DNA of 64,000 nt from Eledone cirrhosa (taxonomy: Eukaryota): NCBI GenBank assembly GCA_964016885.1, contig OZ024743.1, positions 44,392,001-44,456,000 on the forward strand. The letters run 5' to 3'. The translations under genes were made by a program, and so were the position numbers. The notes below the pieces were generated by a model. The model searched no databases. It was not told the origin of the DNA and saw only the letters and a list, made by a program, of their open reading frames with translations. Of the stretch, positions 51,621 to 64,000 are shown in pieces (position 1 is the first letter of the stretch; each line of letters starts with the position of its first letter).

Positions 51621-52707
51621 TATTAGTAGTAGTATTAATATTACTCTTTCCACGTGGAATTGTTGAACCTTGCTAATTTCCATCACTTACCACCATGTTC
51701 CTCTTAATGACTAAACCTGTAACATGTGCAGGATTAGACATTCCCAAAATCAAAATGTTCGCCCTCTACAAATGTTCAGACACTTTCACTAAACAACAGA
51801 GAATAAAGAAAAATAATCAATTAAAAAATACAAGCCACAATTAAATATATAATAGTCCCCCATTCGACAACAAATAGTAATCTATTGATGGGAATAACCA
51901 ATTTAAACGCACCTGTATGAAAACACTTCCAACCACACATCTCCAGATAAAAGGGAAAATCATAACCACAAGGAAACCTCTAATAAAAACCTTTTTACTT
52001 CCCTTTGTTCCTTCATTTCTCTCTTTCATTTCTCCATTCCCCTTTTTTAAATTGTTATCATCATTTTCTTGCATTTTCTTTTCTGCTATAAGTCCTCCAG
52101 AAACCCAGCATCTTCACCTCTTCAGGATCCCTTTCAATCATATATATATATATACACCTATATTTGTATTTATATTTTATCTTTGCCTTTATTTGGAAAC
52201 ACTAAAAATTATTGATCTCTTGGCACAAGGGGTACACACACACATAACGCAAAACAAAAGAAAAATTCTATATCCACTCTTAACTTTTTTCAGCTTCTTT
52301 CACAAACCCCAAATATATACTTTTTGATACAATTGAACCCCATCTAAATACCCACGCATCAAAAATGCCATCTGGAGCATTATTATGAATATCACGAGCA
52401 TTTTCTAATTTTAGCCAAGTGAATTTAATTGAATACTGACCAGTTAAAACCCGCTTCCAGCTTCACCCCGCCTCTTCACAGAGAACATATTTATGAGAAG
52501 AAATGTTCACAGAGAATTCACATATATTCAAACTGTTCACAGAATATATGAAAAACTTTTTTTAATATTTAATATTTGATAAGATTGTTATACCAATCGT
52601 CAATCGAAATCCGGTTTTAGTTAATGCAACAATCATAAAGTTATTCATTCTGTCGGATTATAGAAAACCAGTTTATATACACATATGTGCTTGTTGCGTT
52701 TACTTTT

Positions 52708-52758
<51 letters not shown>

Positions 52759-53344
52759 CTTATGTTCGACGCTAGCTTTGATTTTTCGAGTGTAATTTGT
52801 TAAAGGGTTTGGACCATCGACAGTCATATTACGTGGAATGCTTTTTTAAGTATTAAATGTTTTCAATTCATATAGAGAGATGTGTATATGTGCATAAATA
52901 AAACCACAAATTACCCAGATAGAGAGAAGGGAGAGGGACAGAGGGAGAAAAGGAGAGATAAATATGTTTTTGTAAGTAATTTTCTGTTTCTATTAAAATA
53001 TATATCTAGTTGCAATGCTAACTTTTAATATACTATATATATATTAACAAATCTCTCATAAATTTGTCTGATAATGTTTTACGTTATGCTCAATAAGTTT
53101 CTCGAGAAACTTATTGACAAGGAATGGTATGCCATCCGGAACCTGTTTATAGAATTCTGTCTGCCTTTGTTACTCTAAAAACATAAATAAATATAAATAA
53201 AAATAAAAATTAACTATAGCTTTGTAGAATTAGCTTTTAATGAATTCCCTTTTCTATCAACCAATGACCTGCACCCATCCCACTCCCCACCCTCTCCTAC
53301 CACTTGTAGAGACCTATAAATACCATATTTATTTTTTGATACCC

Positions 53345-53395
53345 AGATTCCTGATGATTTCTAATGAATGAAACAGTTCTAGTCCTGTAGAATCT
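53345..53395 (+). ncRNA. Type I hammerhead in pLTR-like repeat 53270-53475
   Basis: agattc CTGATGA tttc-taat-gaat GAAA cag-ttctagtc-ctg TA gaatct. Confidence 0.8.
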
Positions 53396-53697
53396 CATCT
53401 ATATTAAAACTGTTATACTCTGCTATGTATTGAGTACCTTACTTACTGTGGTTACCTCCGATTCAACCCGGAATAACGTATATATATAATATAAGATCAA
53501 AAGATGGTTAAAGGAGTTCCATGTATTTTATTATGCGCATTTCAAAAACAAACATCATCATGCAATAATATTTGTGTTTTCATCAGATAAAACAGGAGAA
53601 CATGATATGAAGGCTAAAAAACACTTGTGGATAGTGCAGTTTTAAAATATATATATATATTTATATATATATTTATATATATATATATTTATATATA

Positions 53698-53829
<132 letters not shown>

Positions 53830-54150
53830 GAGAGAGAGAGAAAGTGAGAGGTTTAAAGGCCTACAAAAGGCTTGCTGAACACGCAAACCGAAACCACTTG
53901 ACCCAGCGGTCGAGATCTTACGTCCCTCCTTCGGCATTTCCCCATGCATTGGTTACTCTTATTAATAGTGCTCGCCCCGGTCACAGCACAACAGACTCCT
54001 TCTCTCTCTCTATATATATACATAGAATGTGTGTGTGTGTATGTAAAAGGTAAACTGAAATAACAACACAATCGGTACAGTATATGGAAGGAATATATTA
54101 GATTAACGCTATATATATATATATATATATATGAATATATATATATATAA

Positions 54151-54290
54151 CGAAGGAATTGTGGTAAGGAACTAGATAGACCATAACGCACCAAAGTACT
54201 CAATACTTACGGTAGTAGAGTGGGTAATAGGAACAAGTATGACCTCGACGGCAGAGCTCAAGCCGTCGGGGTGATACATGTTCCTATAAA
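54151..54290 (-). mobile_element. Mini-element of the 5117 family with short fold-back
   Basis: reverse complement of 26260-26376 plus inverted gccgtcggggtgatacatgttcctata. Confidence 0.8.
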
Positions 54291-54341
54291 TATATATATA
54301 TATAGATACAAACATACATCTATATATATATATATACATAC

Positions 54342-54384
<43 letters not shown>

Positions 54385-54394
<10 letters not shown>

Positions 54395-55628
54395 GAAACA
54401 CACAGATACATGCGGACACACACATATATACATGAATGCATCCGCACCCAACTGTGAGTTAAGGGTGCCAACTTCACCGATGTTGCTCAATGAATGACTG
54501 GGACAGACCAATTCAGTTTGAACCAGACTGAACCAGTATCAGAGTTAAAAATACATTATGAAGAGAGAAGAAACATTTAGATATAATTAGTAATAAAATG
54601 TATCATACCTAAACTGTTCCTAAATTCCCCGACTACGTAGTTTCGTGGCATAAACAAAAACAATATATCAAAGATATAGAGTCCTTGCGAGGTCTGCCGA
54701 CTTATCAAGAGGATACCTCATTTTACTGGTCTCAAGAACGCGTCTACACGACGTGAGAAAGAATCCCAAAAGGCGGAGGGGGAGATAGTCACGCGATATA
54801 ACGGTCGAGAAACAGAGCTAAGCCTCTTATAACCACGAAGAAAATACCACGGAGGCGGAGGGGGTATTCATATCGAGGGGGTATTCATATCGAGGCCGCA
54901 GAAGAGGTAGTGAAGAAGGCGAGAAGTATGAGTAATGGAAGCTTTCCAGTTGTCCCCACACTTCAAAGATTGCTCGACCAGAGGGAGTTATTAATATATT
55001 TAGAAACACACAGATACATGCGGACACACACATATAATGTATTTTTAACTCTGATACTGGTTCAGTCTGGTTCAAACTGAATTGGTCTGTCCCAGTCATT
55101 CATTGAGCAACATCGGTGAAGTTGGCACCCTTAACTCACACTTGGGTGCGGATGCATTCATGTATATATGTGTGTGTCCGCATGTATCTGTGTGTTTCTA
55201 AATATATTAATAACTCCCTCTGGTCGAGCAATCTTTGAAGTGTGGGGACAACTGGAAAGCTTCCATTACTCATACTTCTCGCCTTCTTCACTACCTCTTC
55301 TGCGGCCTCGATATGAATACCCCCTCCGCCTCCGTGGTATTTTCTTCGTGGTTATAAGAGGCTTAGCTCTGTTTCTCGACCGTTATATCGCGTGACTATC
55401 TCCCCCTCCGCCTTTTGGGATTCTTTCTCACGTCGTGTAGACGCGTTCTTGAGACCAGTAAAATGAGGTATCCTCTTGATAAGTCGGCAGACCTCGCAAG
55501 GACTCTATATCTTTGATATATTGTTTTTGTTTATGCCACGAAACTACGTAGTCGAGGAATTTAGGAACAGTTTAGGTATGATACATTTTATTACTAATTA
55601 TATCTAAATGTTTCTTCTCTCTTCATAA
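54385..55628. repeat. Doubly inverted hammerhead repeat
   Basis: 54385-54558 inverted at 55035-55206; 54555-55033 inverted at 55167-55628. Confidence 0.88.
55471..55558 (+). ncRNA. Type I hammerhead with U3-A8 core (copy 54626-54713 -)
   Basis: tcctc TTGATAA gtcggca..tgccac GAAA ctacgtag TC gagga. Confidence 0.82.
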
Positions 55629-55669
55629 TATATATATATATATATATTTATTTATATATATATATATAA

Positions 55670-56408
55670 GTATATATACGTACATACATATATGTATACA
55701 GACATACAGTAGTATGTATATATATATACATACATCCACACATATATATATGTACGTATGGATTCACCAAACATGTATTATAATGCTCGGTGTGTTTGTA
55801 AACAAATATCCCGTATTAAGCCGTAGTGTCTAGCAACCACCGTTGCTCGTTTGTTCAACACTGACAAAGGAACGCTGTACTAGTTTCAAGCTTTGTAGCT
55901 ATCGTCAGCAACGTAAACTTTCCTGCCAGATAGTTGAAGGCCCGAAAGTATATACTTTCCTTATGCATATTAACGGCTGAGTAGCCCAATTTGCATATCG
56001 AGTGGGTTAATCAGCCGGGTGCACCGAAAACGATAAACGTAAAAAATGAAACGATATTCATTTTTTCCGTTAATCGTTTTCGGTGCACCCGGAAAGTTTA
56101 CGTTGCTGACGATAGCTTACAAGCTTGAAACTAGTACAGCGTTCCTTTGTCAGTGTTGAACAAACGAGCAACGGTGGTGGCTAGACACTACGGCTTAATA
56201 CGGGATGTTTGTTTACAAACACACCGAACCTGATAATAAATGTTTGGTGAATCCATGCGTACATATATATATGTGTGCATGTATGTATATATATATACAT
56301 ACTACTGTACGTCTGTATACATATACGTATGTACGTATACATACTTATATTTAAGTAACAGCCTTACTAAGAGTGGGAAATGAAATTTCGTTTCATTTTT
56401 TTCGTTTA
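55670..56408. repeat. Fold-back with two intact-core hammerheads (55872-55914 -, 56100-56142 +)
   Basis: acgttg CTGACGA tagct-tac-aagctt GAAA ctag TA cagcgt; arms 55670-55924 / 56090-56348. Confidence 0.88.
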
Positions 56409-56465
56409 TATATATATATATATATAGCTATATATATACATTTATATATGTGTGTGTGTGTCTGC

Positions 56466-56539
<74 letters not shown>

Positions 56540-56971
56540 GCATACATATATATATGTCTTTGTGTGTGTGTGCGTGTGTGTATATATCTATATATATTTG
56601 TGCGTTTGTGTCCATATTTATGTCTCATAATGTAGGGATTCTATAAAAATGATCGATAAAATATGCACCACCCTTGAAACATGAATACTCGTGTCTATAT
56701 GATCAATAATCTGAAGACCGTTCTCCAACATGACTGCATTCTAAGGGATCCAATACAAACAGAAAAGTTCTAAGCACAAGGTTTACTGTTACCTACTTAA
56801 CACTAGACTGATATATTTGTTGTAGAAAAATTGAAAGTGCATACATACTTAAGCTTATAAATAACTCTATAATAGAAAAAATGTAACGGCATCAATATGC
56901 TTACAGCAATGTTATCTTGCAAGTCTAACCTGCAAATAGAAATATACACAGAATCGTAATTATGCTAACAA

Positions 56972-57060
<89 letters not shown>

Positions 57061-57918
57061 GAAAGACGTAAAATAAGAAAATTTTAAAAATTAAAAATTA
57101 ACTTACTTACTAAAATGTTCACTCCAACTAATTAATTTCTGTAAGGGAATAAATATAGTTACGTAATGTAGCTATAGAGAAGTCCTTAGGTCATCAGGGA
57201 GTCTATTCTCAGCTAAGTTCCCAGGCAATGCGCGGACACTAGGAACCCATATAAAAATATGTTAATTTTTAATTTTCTAAATTTTCTTATTTTACGTCTT
57301 TCATATAATTGTTCTGCCTCCCCCTGCATAGAACCACAAAGGTACTAAGACATAACATATATATTTGCTAGCATGGGTATACATCTGTATACATATGTTG
57401 GTAGATATACTAATTCTCTATATTGATCTCCAAATTATTTGTTGAGCGAAACTTGCCAAAATTTACTGCTATGGTTCATGGTAGTAGTTAGGCTCTTGTC
57501 ATAATACCACCCAGCTCCTCACTGGTTAACCTCAGTGTCACGTGATTGATTCTTTAGAATTTCCCACTGACCAATTAGGCAGTGAATTTTTCAGTGCCCT
57601 GGAATTTAGTCCCCGCTAGCTTTATTCCATCCACTGAATTATTATTTTTATATGGGTTCCTAGTGTCCGCACATTGCCTGAGAACTTAGCTGAGAATAGA
57701 CTCCCTGATGACGTAAGGACTTATAGAAACTAATTAGTTGGAGTGAAACTTTTAGTAAGTTAATTTTTAATTTTTAAAATTTTCTTATTTTACGTATTTC
57801 ATATAATTGTTCTGCATCCTCCTGCATAGAACCACAAAGGTACTACGACATAACATATATTTTTGCTAGCATGGGTATACATCTTTATACATATGTTGGT
57901 AGATATACTAATTCTCTC
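57061..57918. repeat. Inverted + direct hammerhead repeat (HHR 57700-57744 +, 57121-57202 -)
   Basis: actcc CTGATGA cgtaag-gac-ttata GAAA ctaattag TT ggagt; 57261-57419 duplicated at 57759-57917. Confidence 0.85.
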
Positions 57919-57948
57919 TCTCTCTATATATATATACATATATATATA

Positions 57949-59471
57949 TAGAAGCCTCATTCGTATAGCCTGGTCTATTCGATTTTTTATATAGTTAATT
58001 ATGCTAATTGGGAGAGGAAATAGTATATATTTTATCTTGTGATTCTATAGACATGTTTTATGATATATAGCTCTGATTGTTTAATTTATTAATTTTTCAT
58101 TGAGCCAAAAAGTGACCAGTTGCAAAACACGTATATGTATGTGTATATATATATGTAAACTTTTATATGTAATAATCTCCCACTAGGTTGAGATACAAAT
58201 TTGGCTGTATTGTGCTGTGCTTTCTATCAAAAGTTCCACCAGTCGTAAGCAACTACCACACCCCTTCCAACTAGACCGCGACTACGTCACGATTTTTAGC
58301 CATTTTGAAATGAATTCTTGGCTCGATTGTTTTGGAAAATTTAATGTCTAGATATGAGCGAGCTTCCTGAAGAATCCGGCACTCGAGTTTATATAATTAT
58401 TACATAATTATTGGATAACGCAAAACACGGACGGAACCATGGTAGAGGTATTTAAGTGTATTCTATTTTCTCCTAGTTTATTTTAAACCTAATTCTGCTT
58501 AGTTGACTGTATCTAGGCGATTGCGCTGTCGAAATATTCGATAATTATTCCACTACGGCCGATGCGAAGCGCTAGTTTTTGTTATTTGTTGGAGATTCAT
58601 TTATAGAAGCCTCATTCGTATAGCCTGGTCTATTCGATTTTTTGTATAGTTAATTATGCTAATTGGGAGAGGAAATAGTATATATTTTATCTTGTGATTC
58701 TATAGACATGTTTTATGATATATAGCTCTGATTGTTTAATTTATTAATTTTTCATTGAGCCAAAAAGTGACCAGTTCAAAACACGTATATGTATGTGTAT
58801 GTATATATATATGTAAACTTTTATATGTAATAATCTCCCACTAGGTTGAGATACAAATTTGGCTGTATTGTGCTGTGCTTTCTAGCAAAAATGCCACCAG
58901 TCGTAAGCAACTACCACACCCCTTCCAACTAGACCGCGACAACGTCACGATTTTTAGCCATTTTGAAATGAATTCTTAGCTCGATTGTTTTGGAAAATTT
59001 AATGTCTAGAGCGAGCTTCCTGAAGAATCCGGCGCTCGAGTTTATATAATTATTACATAATTATTGGATAACGCACAACACGGACGAAACCATGGTAGAG
59101 GTATTTAAGTGTATTCTATTTTCTCCTAGTTTATTTTAAACCTAATTCTGCTTAGATGACTGTATCTAGGCGATTACGCTGTCGAAATATTTGATAAATA
59201 TCCCACTACGGCCGACGCGAAGCGCTAGTTTTGGTTATTTGTTGGAGATTCCTTCATGGAAGCCTCATTCGTATAGCCTGGTCTATTCGATTTTTTATAT
59301 AGCTAATTATGCTAATTGGGAGAGGAAATAGTATATATTTCATCTTGTGATTCTATAGATATGTTTTATGATATATAGCTCTGATTGTTTAATTTATTAA
59401 TGTTTCATTGAGCCAAAAAGTGACCAGTTGCAAAACACGTATATGTATGTGTATGTATATATATATGTAAA

Positions 59472-59475
<4 letters not shown>
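57949..59475 (+). mobile_element. Head-to-tail ~655-bp tandem (2.3 units), one hammerhead per full unit; retrozyme-like
   Basis: units start ~57950, 58605, 59259; HHR 58362-58449 and 59015-59102; no long ORF; (TA)n flanks. Confidence 0.85.
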
Positions 59476-59559
<84 letters not shown>

Positions 59560-60356
59560 TTATAAGAATCAAAGTTCTGATCAAATCATTTTTATGCTTA
59601 CAATTGTTTCCTCCAAACCGAGGTTTGTATTCTTCGGAGCAATTTATTAATGGATGATCACATATATGACCTCCTTTTCAACCCAAGGGACATACAGATA
59701 CATATGCAAACATTGTTGCTCGGCAGGTCGACAACCATTATAATATTTAGTGTGGCAGTGTACATTTAAAGGTTACATTCATATCCAAAGAGGATAAAAT
59801 CAAAAATTAAGGTTAAAATACAACATGAAATTAATGCGATAGGATAGTCATAAGCAGTTATTGAGTGCAATAGTTACACGTGGGTCACGCACGTGTGTCT
59901 TGTTTATATAATGTTATAGTGCGGCAGAGTGTTGCATGCAATAGAAGCAATTAAACGAGCGATCAAGAGCGTTAAGGGGGTTGAACTGATAATGAATCCT
60001 TTATACGAATATAATAGAAGCCTGTGCGTGGAGAAATATTATAAATATTAAATATTGGAAATGTGTAGCAAAGCGATGATATGGATTCCATGTACAGCAC
60101 AATTTTCACAGTCCGGGGAGCATAATATCCAGGTTATATGCCCCTCACATAATCTACGGCGATTCAATATTGGGCGTTCGACGATTCCGTTAGAGTATCG
60201 TAGTTTGTTGGTCTTTAGCTCAATATAGCAGCTTGTTAAGTTGCGAGAATCAACATCGAATATTGCAGGTTGTAAAGGTGCGAGAATCAACATCGAATAT
60301 ATATATATATGCTGTAAGCATATTGATGCCGTTACACACATATATATATATATATA

Positions 60357-60821
60357 GTGTTGGTGTAATGGTAGCACAGTGGTCGCGATAACCACAGATG
60401 TGGGTTCGACTCCCGTGTACTTCAATACTCATCTTTTCCATTTATCTGAGGGTTCTAAACCCCGTTATCAAGATAAAAAAATTCCTTTAGTCGGAAATAC
60501 GGTGAAAGCTATATATTTTCTAATTTCAAACTCGCTCACTGTTTCAAAACATACTTACTTGCCATTTAAACTCGCTAAGAATGTAGTTTCTAATTTGAAT
60601 GGAAAGTAATGGGAGATGTGTTGGTGTAATGGTAGCACAGTGGTCGCGATAACCACAGATGTGGGTTCAACTCCCATGTACGTCAATACTCATCTTTTTC
60701 CATTTATCTGAGGGTTCTAAACCCCGTTATCAAGCTAAAAAAATTCCTTTAGATGGAAATACGGTGAAAGCTATATATTTTCTAATTTCAAACTCGCTCA
60801 CTGTTTCAAAACATACTTACT

Positions 60822-60828
<7 letters not shown>
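60357..60828 (+). repeat. ~260-bp tandem (1.8 units) with tRNA-like head
   Basis: tggtgtaatggtagcac-agtggt cgcgata accac-agatgtgggttcgactccc; second unit from 60617. Confidence 0.8.
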
Positions 60829-60860
<32 letters not shown>

Positions 60861-61072
60861 TATAAGTAACGGCATCAATATGCTTACAGCATATATATAT
60901 ATATATATATATATGTAACGGCATCAATATGCTTGCAGCATATATATAAATTAAGTATTTCCGTAGGAAAGGTAAAGGAAAAGAGAGTGCTCTATGTAGG
61001 CTACAGAGCTTTTTGTTATGTAATAAACAACATAGGATAATTAATTTATTTACCAGTGGTTTCTTGAAGACA

Positions 61073-61200
61073 GGCGCGCCGCTGAGTGGTTAGAGAAATG
61101 GATTCACAATCTTGAGATTGTGCGTTCGATCCCTGGACCAGGCGATGCGTTATGTCCTTCAGCAAGACACTTTATTTCACGTTGTTCCATCTACCTAGAG
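61073..61200 (+). mobile_element. CORE-type SINE family B
   Basis: similar to the 46557 copy. Confidence 0.75.
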
Positions 61201-61396
61201 TTGCGAGCGATAGATAGTATTTGGAAAGAGCAACGGAAACATTGTTTCCTCGGTCCGATTTGACAAAGTCAGTCGACAGAAAGAATAATATCTATATTAT
61301 TCTTTCTGACGATATTATTCTTTCTGAAGACAGATATAAATATGTCTCCAAGAAACCACAGGGAAATGAATTAATTATCTTATGTTGTTTATTACA

Positions 61397-61471
<75 letters not shown>

Positions 61472-61479
61472 CTATATAT

Positions 61480-61705
61480 AAAATAAAATAAAATAAATAA
61501 GTCAAATGTTTAAAATTTGGCTTCGTTTATTACTGCTATATATATTTCGGTGACAGCCATCTATGGCTGTGATCTCTTCAGGCAGTCCGAATTAGTGTGG
61601 TAGAGACGAGTACACATGTTGTTGAGGTGTTTAACTTTGTCAATACTCTGATATGCCCAGTTCCTGGTTGGGTTGTTATTTCACCGAGAACTGGAATCAT
61701 ATGAA
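61480..61705 (-). repeat. Hammerhead repeat (HHR 61532-61586), copy of 25915
   Basis: minus: actgc CTGAAGA..acagcca-taga-tggctgt.. GAAA tatata TA gcagt. Confidence 0.82.
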
Positions 61706-62339
61706 TTTAAACAAACGAGTTTCAGCATCAAAGGACATCTTCTCCTCCCATTGGTCAGTTGTGAGAACATAGAAATTCGTTCTGAGGCGAGGCAATCTGT
61801 AGTTGTTGTTCTTGTTATTATTAAGTACATCTGACCACTACTCTTATGTTGGTAGTGGTGTTGGTCTTCGAGTCAGCTCTAAAAATGATAAAGTGGTAGA
61901 AGGAATAAGATGGTAAAGGAACAAAATAAAATAAGATAATCAAATTAAATGTGTTTGTGTTATACCCAATCTCAATGTTAGAAAGACTTGTAAGGTCAAT
62001 CCTCCCATTGGTCAGTTGTGAGAGCATTCCTCAGTCAAAAGTCTATAGAAATTATTTCTGGGGTGAGGCTACCTGTTGTGTTTATTTTTGCTATTGTTAA
62101 GTACATCTAACTTCTACGCTTATTTTTGTAGTGGTATCGGTGCTGTGGTCAGCCTAGGTCTTGCTGCTGCTGACATTTTGAAGTATCTGTGTGTGTTTCT
62201 TCATCCATCCTGCCATCATTTCTCGTAGTGGTGGGGGGGGGGGGGGGGTCTGTGCCATGCATATGAAGAAATAGAAGGCAATAAAATGAAGAAAACAGAA
62301 AATAATTAATAAATAGAAAATAAATGAAAAATTAAGTTA

Positions 62340-63720
62340 AACCACCCTAGATCCATAATCAAGGCCGCGGTGAAGAGTATCCCGGACAGGATCTCCAGCC
62401 TGTCCGCAAATAAGTAAATATTCCATAACAACGCGGAATATTACAACACAGCTCTAAATAAGGCGGCACATGGCCAAAATATAACATATAGTCCTAGGCG
62501 CCGGGTTAAGGATGGCCCAACGGACACCCACACCCGCGTTGTCCGGGAGGGGGCGCACCCTAATAATACAGGCAGAACAGAAACAAATATGCACCATGAA
62601 CCCGACACCACCACACGGGCGATGATGACGAGTACGCTTAACCATGAGAAGAAACCCACTATGAGTAGCTGTCTTACGGGTGATTCTAACCACCACGGGC
62701 CCGACGACCCCAACCGCAGGACGCGTGGGGGGTAACGGGGGACCACCCCACAGTGGATCTCCCAGCGCGGGAAACAACCACCCCACATATTCGGGCCGTG
62801 AAGATAGCAAAACGCATAGCGCCCAAAGCGGAAGCAACAATGCGGGAACCACCAGCAATCCAACAACTCTCCAACAACTCACGACGCCCCCAACCCACCC
62901 ATATAGGAGTAGACGCAGAAAAATCACCTACTCAGCGGCCCTAAGAACAGCTTGGCCCGATCATTCTTTGGAGCACTTGATAAATGCTTCCCGAGGGACC
63001 ATAGATACCACAAGATCTTCAACAGACACACTGTGAAGCTCTCGTATTCCACCAGGAGAAATCTGGCCCAACCCATAGCTAGCATCAACAGGAGTAGGCT
63101 TTAAAAGCACACACAACCAGAAGATGGCAATATAAGTACCCAGCAGAACCATGTGGAAGGAGGGAGGGGGGACCCAGTGCCCACCCAAGAGTCTGAAACA
63201 GACACGGGGATCCCCCCACCATGCTCAGGGGAAGACTAAAATGTAACACGTAACGGGAACCCCACACTAGGCACGCAGATGTCGACCACCCTCTGAAACT
63301 GCAGAAACCCCGAATCAGCCCCCTTAGTAATGAATGCCTTAAGAAGAATCTAATATACGGATGTAGGGTTAAAACCCCCAACTCCGAACACCTCTACATA
63401 GGAGCCACATCAACGAGCTTTAAAGACCGTTGGTATAACCATCGCCATTCCTTCAATAAGGAGGCCAAAAGGAAAAGTTACGGCTCTTTTCCGACTTGAT
63501 CTGGAAGCTTCAGCTGGACAGGACGCCGTACTCTCTGGCCTGGTGCATAATCAGGAAAGTACCACCCGATAAAGGGGGATCTGGAATATGCAAACTATGT
63601 CTGAACGAGACCCTCGAGATACTAATAGGTGGAAGCCGCCTGATAAACTACAGAACCGACTTCTTTGGGACATGCAGACACCTCAGGGCCGGGACCATAC
63701 TCAAGCTATATCGACAGTAA
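62340..63720 (+). pseudogene. Decayed PLE 3' region (thumb, GIY-YIG)
   Basis: NHPRSIIK..RISSLSAN, KIFNRHTVKLSYS, CLKKNLIY, LYIGATSTSFKDRWYNHRHSF, CKLCLNE, TCRH. Confidence 0.85.
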
Positions 63721-64000
63721 CAACACACTGAGATGTGAACTCCCCTCAAGCTATAAGGACTTCTCCAGAACATGTAGACACCTCTTGGCCGGACCTCCCT
63801 CAAGCTATGGGCAGTAACAACACCATAGGTTGGGAACTCCGCGCAAGCCATAGGGACCCACCCAGGCTGAGCAGACACCATGATAGCCTAGAGATTGATT
63901 CTGACACAGCCTTTCTAATTTGGCCAACATCTTCATAACACACACACATTTTATTTTACTTGAATCTTCATTTTTTTTATTTTTCATTTCCTTTTTGTTT

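Noticed and set aside
60357-60425. Functional tRNA gene
   Set aside because: No U33, poor acceptor stem, and part of a dispersed/tandem repeat
60811-60826. U1 snRNA 5' end (atacttacttgcc)
   Set aside because: Only a ~10-nt match with no U1 body

Overview
Eukaryotic, AT-rich and almost entirely repetitive DNA with dozens of (TA)n/(CA)n/(GA)n microsatellites. The SINE families and repeat landscape look like a coleoid cephalopod (octopus-type); this is an inference. I found no host protein-coding exon I can support. Retroelements: (i) Penelope-like elements (PLEs): two near-complete copies (1713-5091, 33901-38465), an endonuclease-less copy (15241-17303) and several GIY-YIG fragments; (ii) a young RTE-X-type LINE with an uninterrupted ~1000-codon APE-RT ORF, a decayed RTE, an internally deleted L1/Tx1-like LINE and a CRE-type fragment; (iii) two tRNA-SINE families. 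The most notable signal is not in the ORF track. At least 11 distinct short repeat families carry type I hammerhead ribozymes (about 20 recognisable copies). Most abut (TA)n tracts and form fold-back or head-to-tail tandem structures. Three unrelated families have the compensatory U3-A8 core instead of C3-G8, and one ~655-bp tandem array looks like a retrozyme. The first PLE also has an in-frame UGA at a Cys-homologous position. All RNA folds were assigned by eye and repeat boundaries are approximate.
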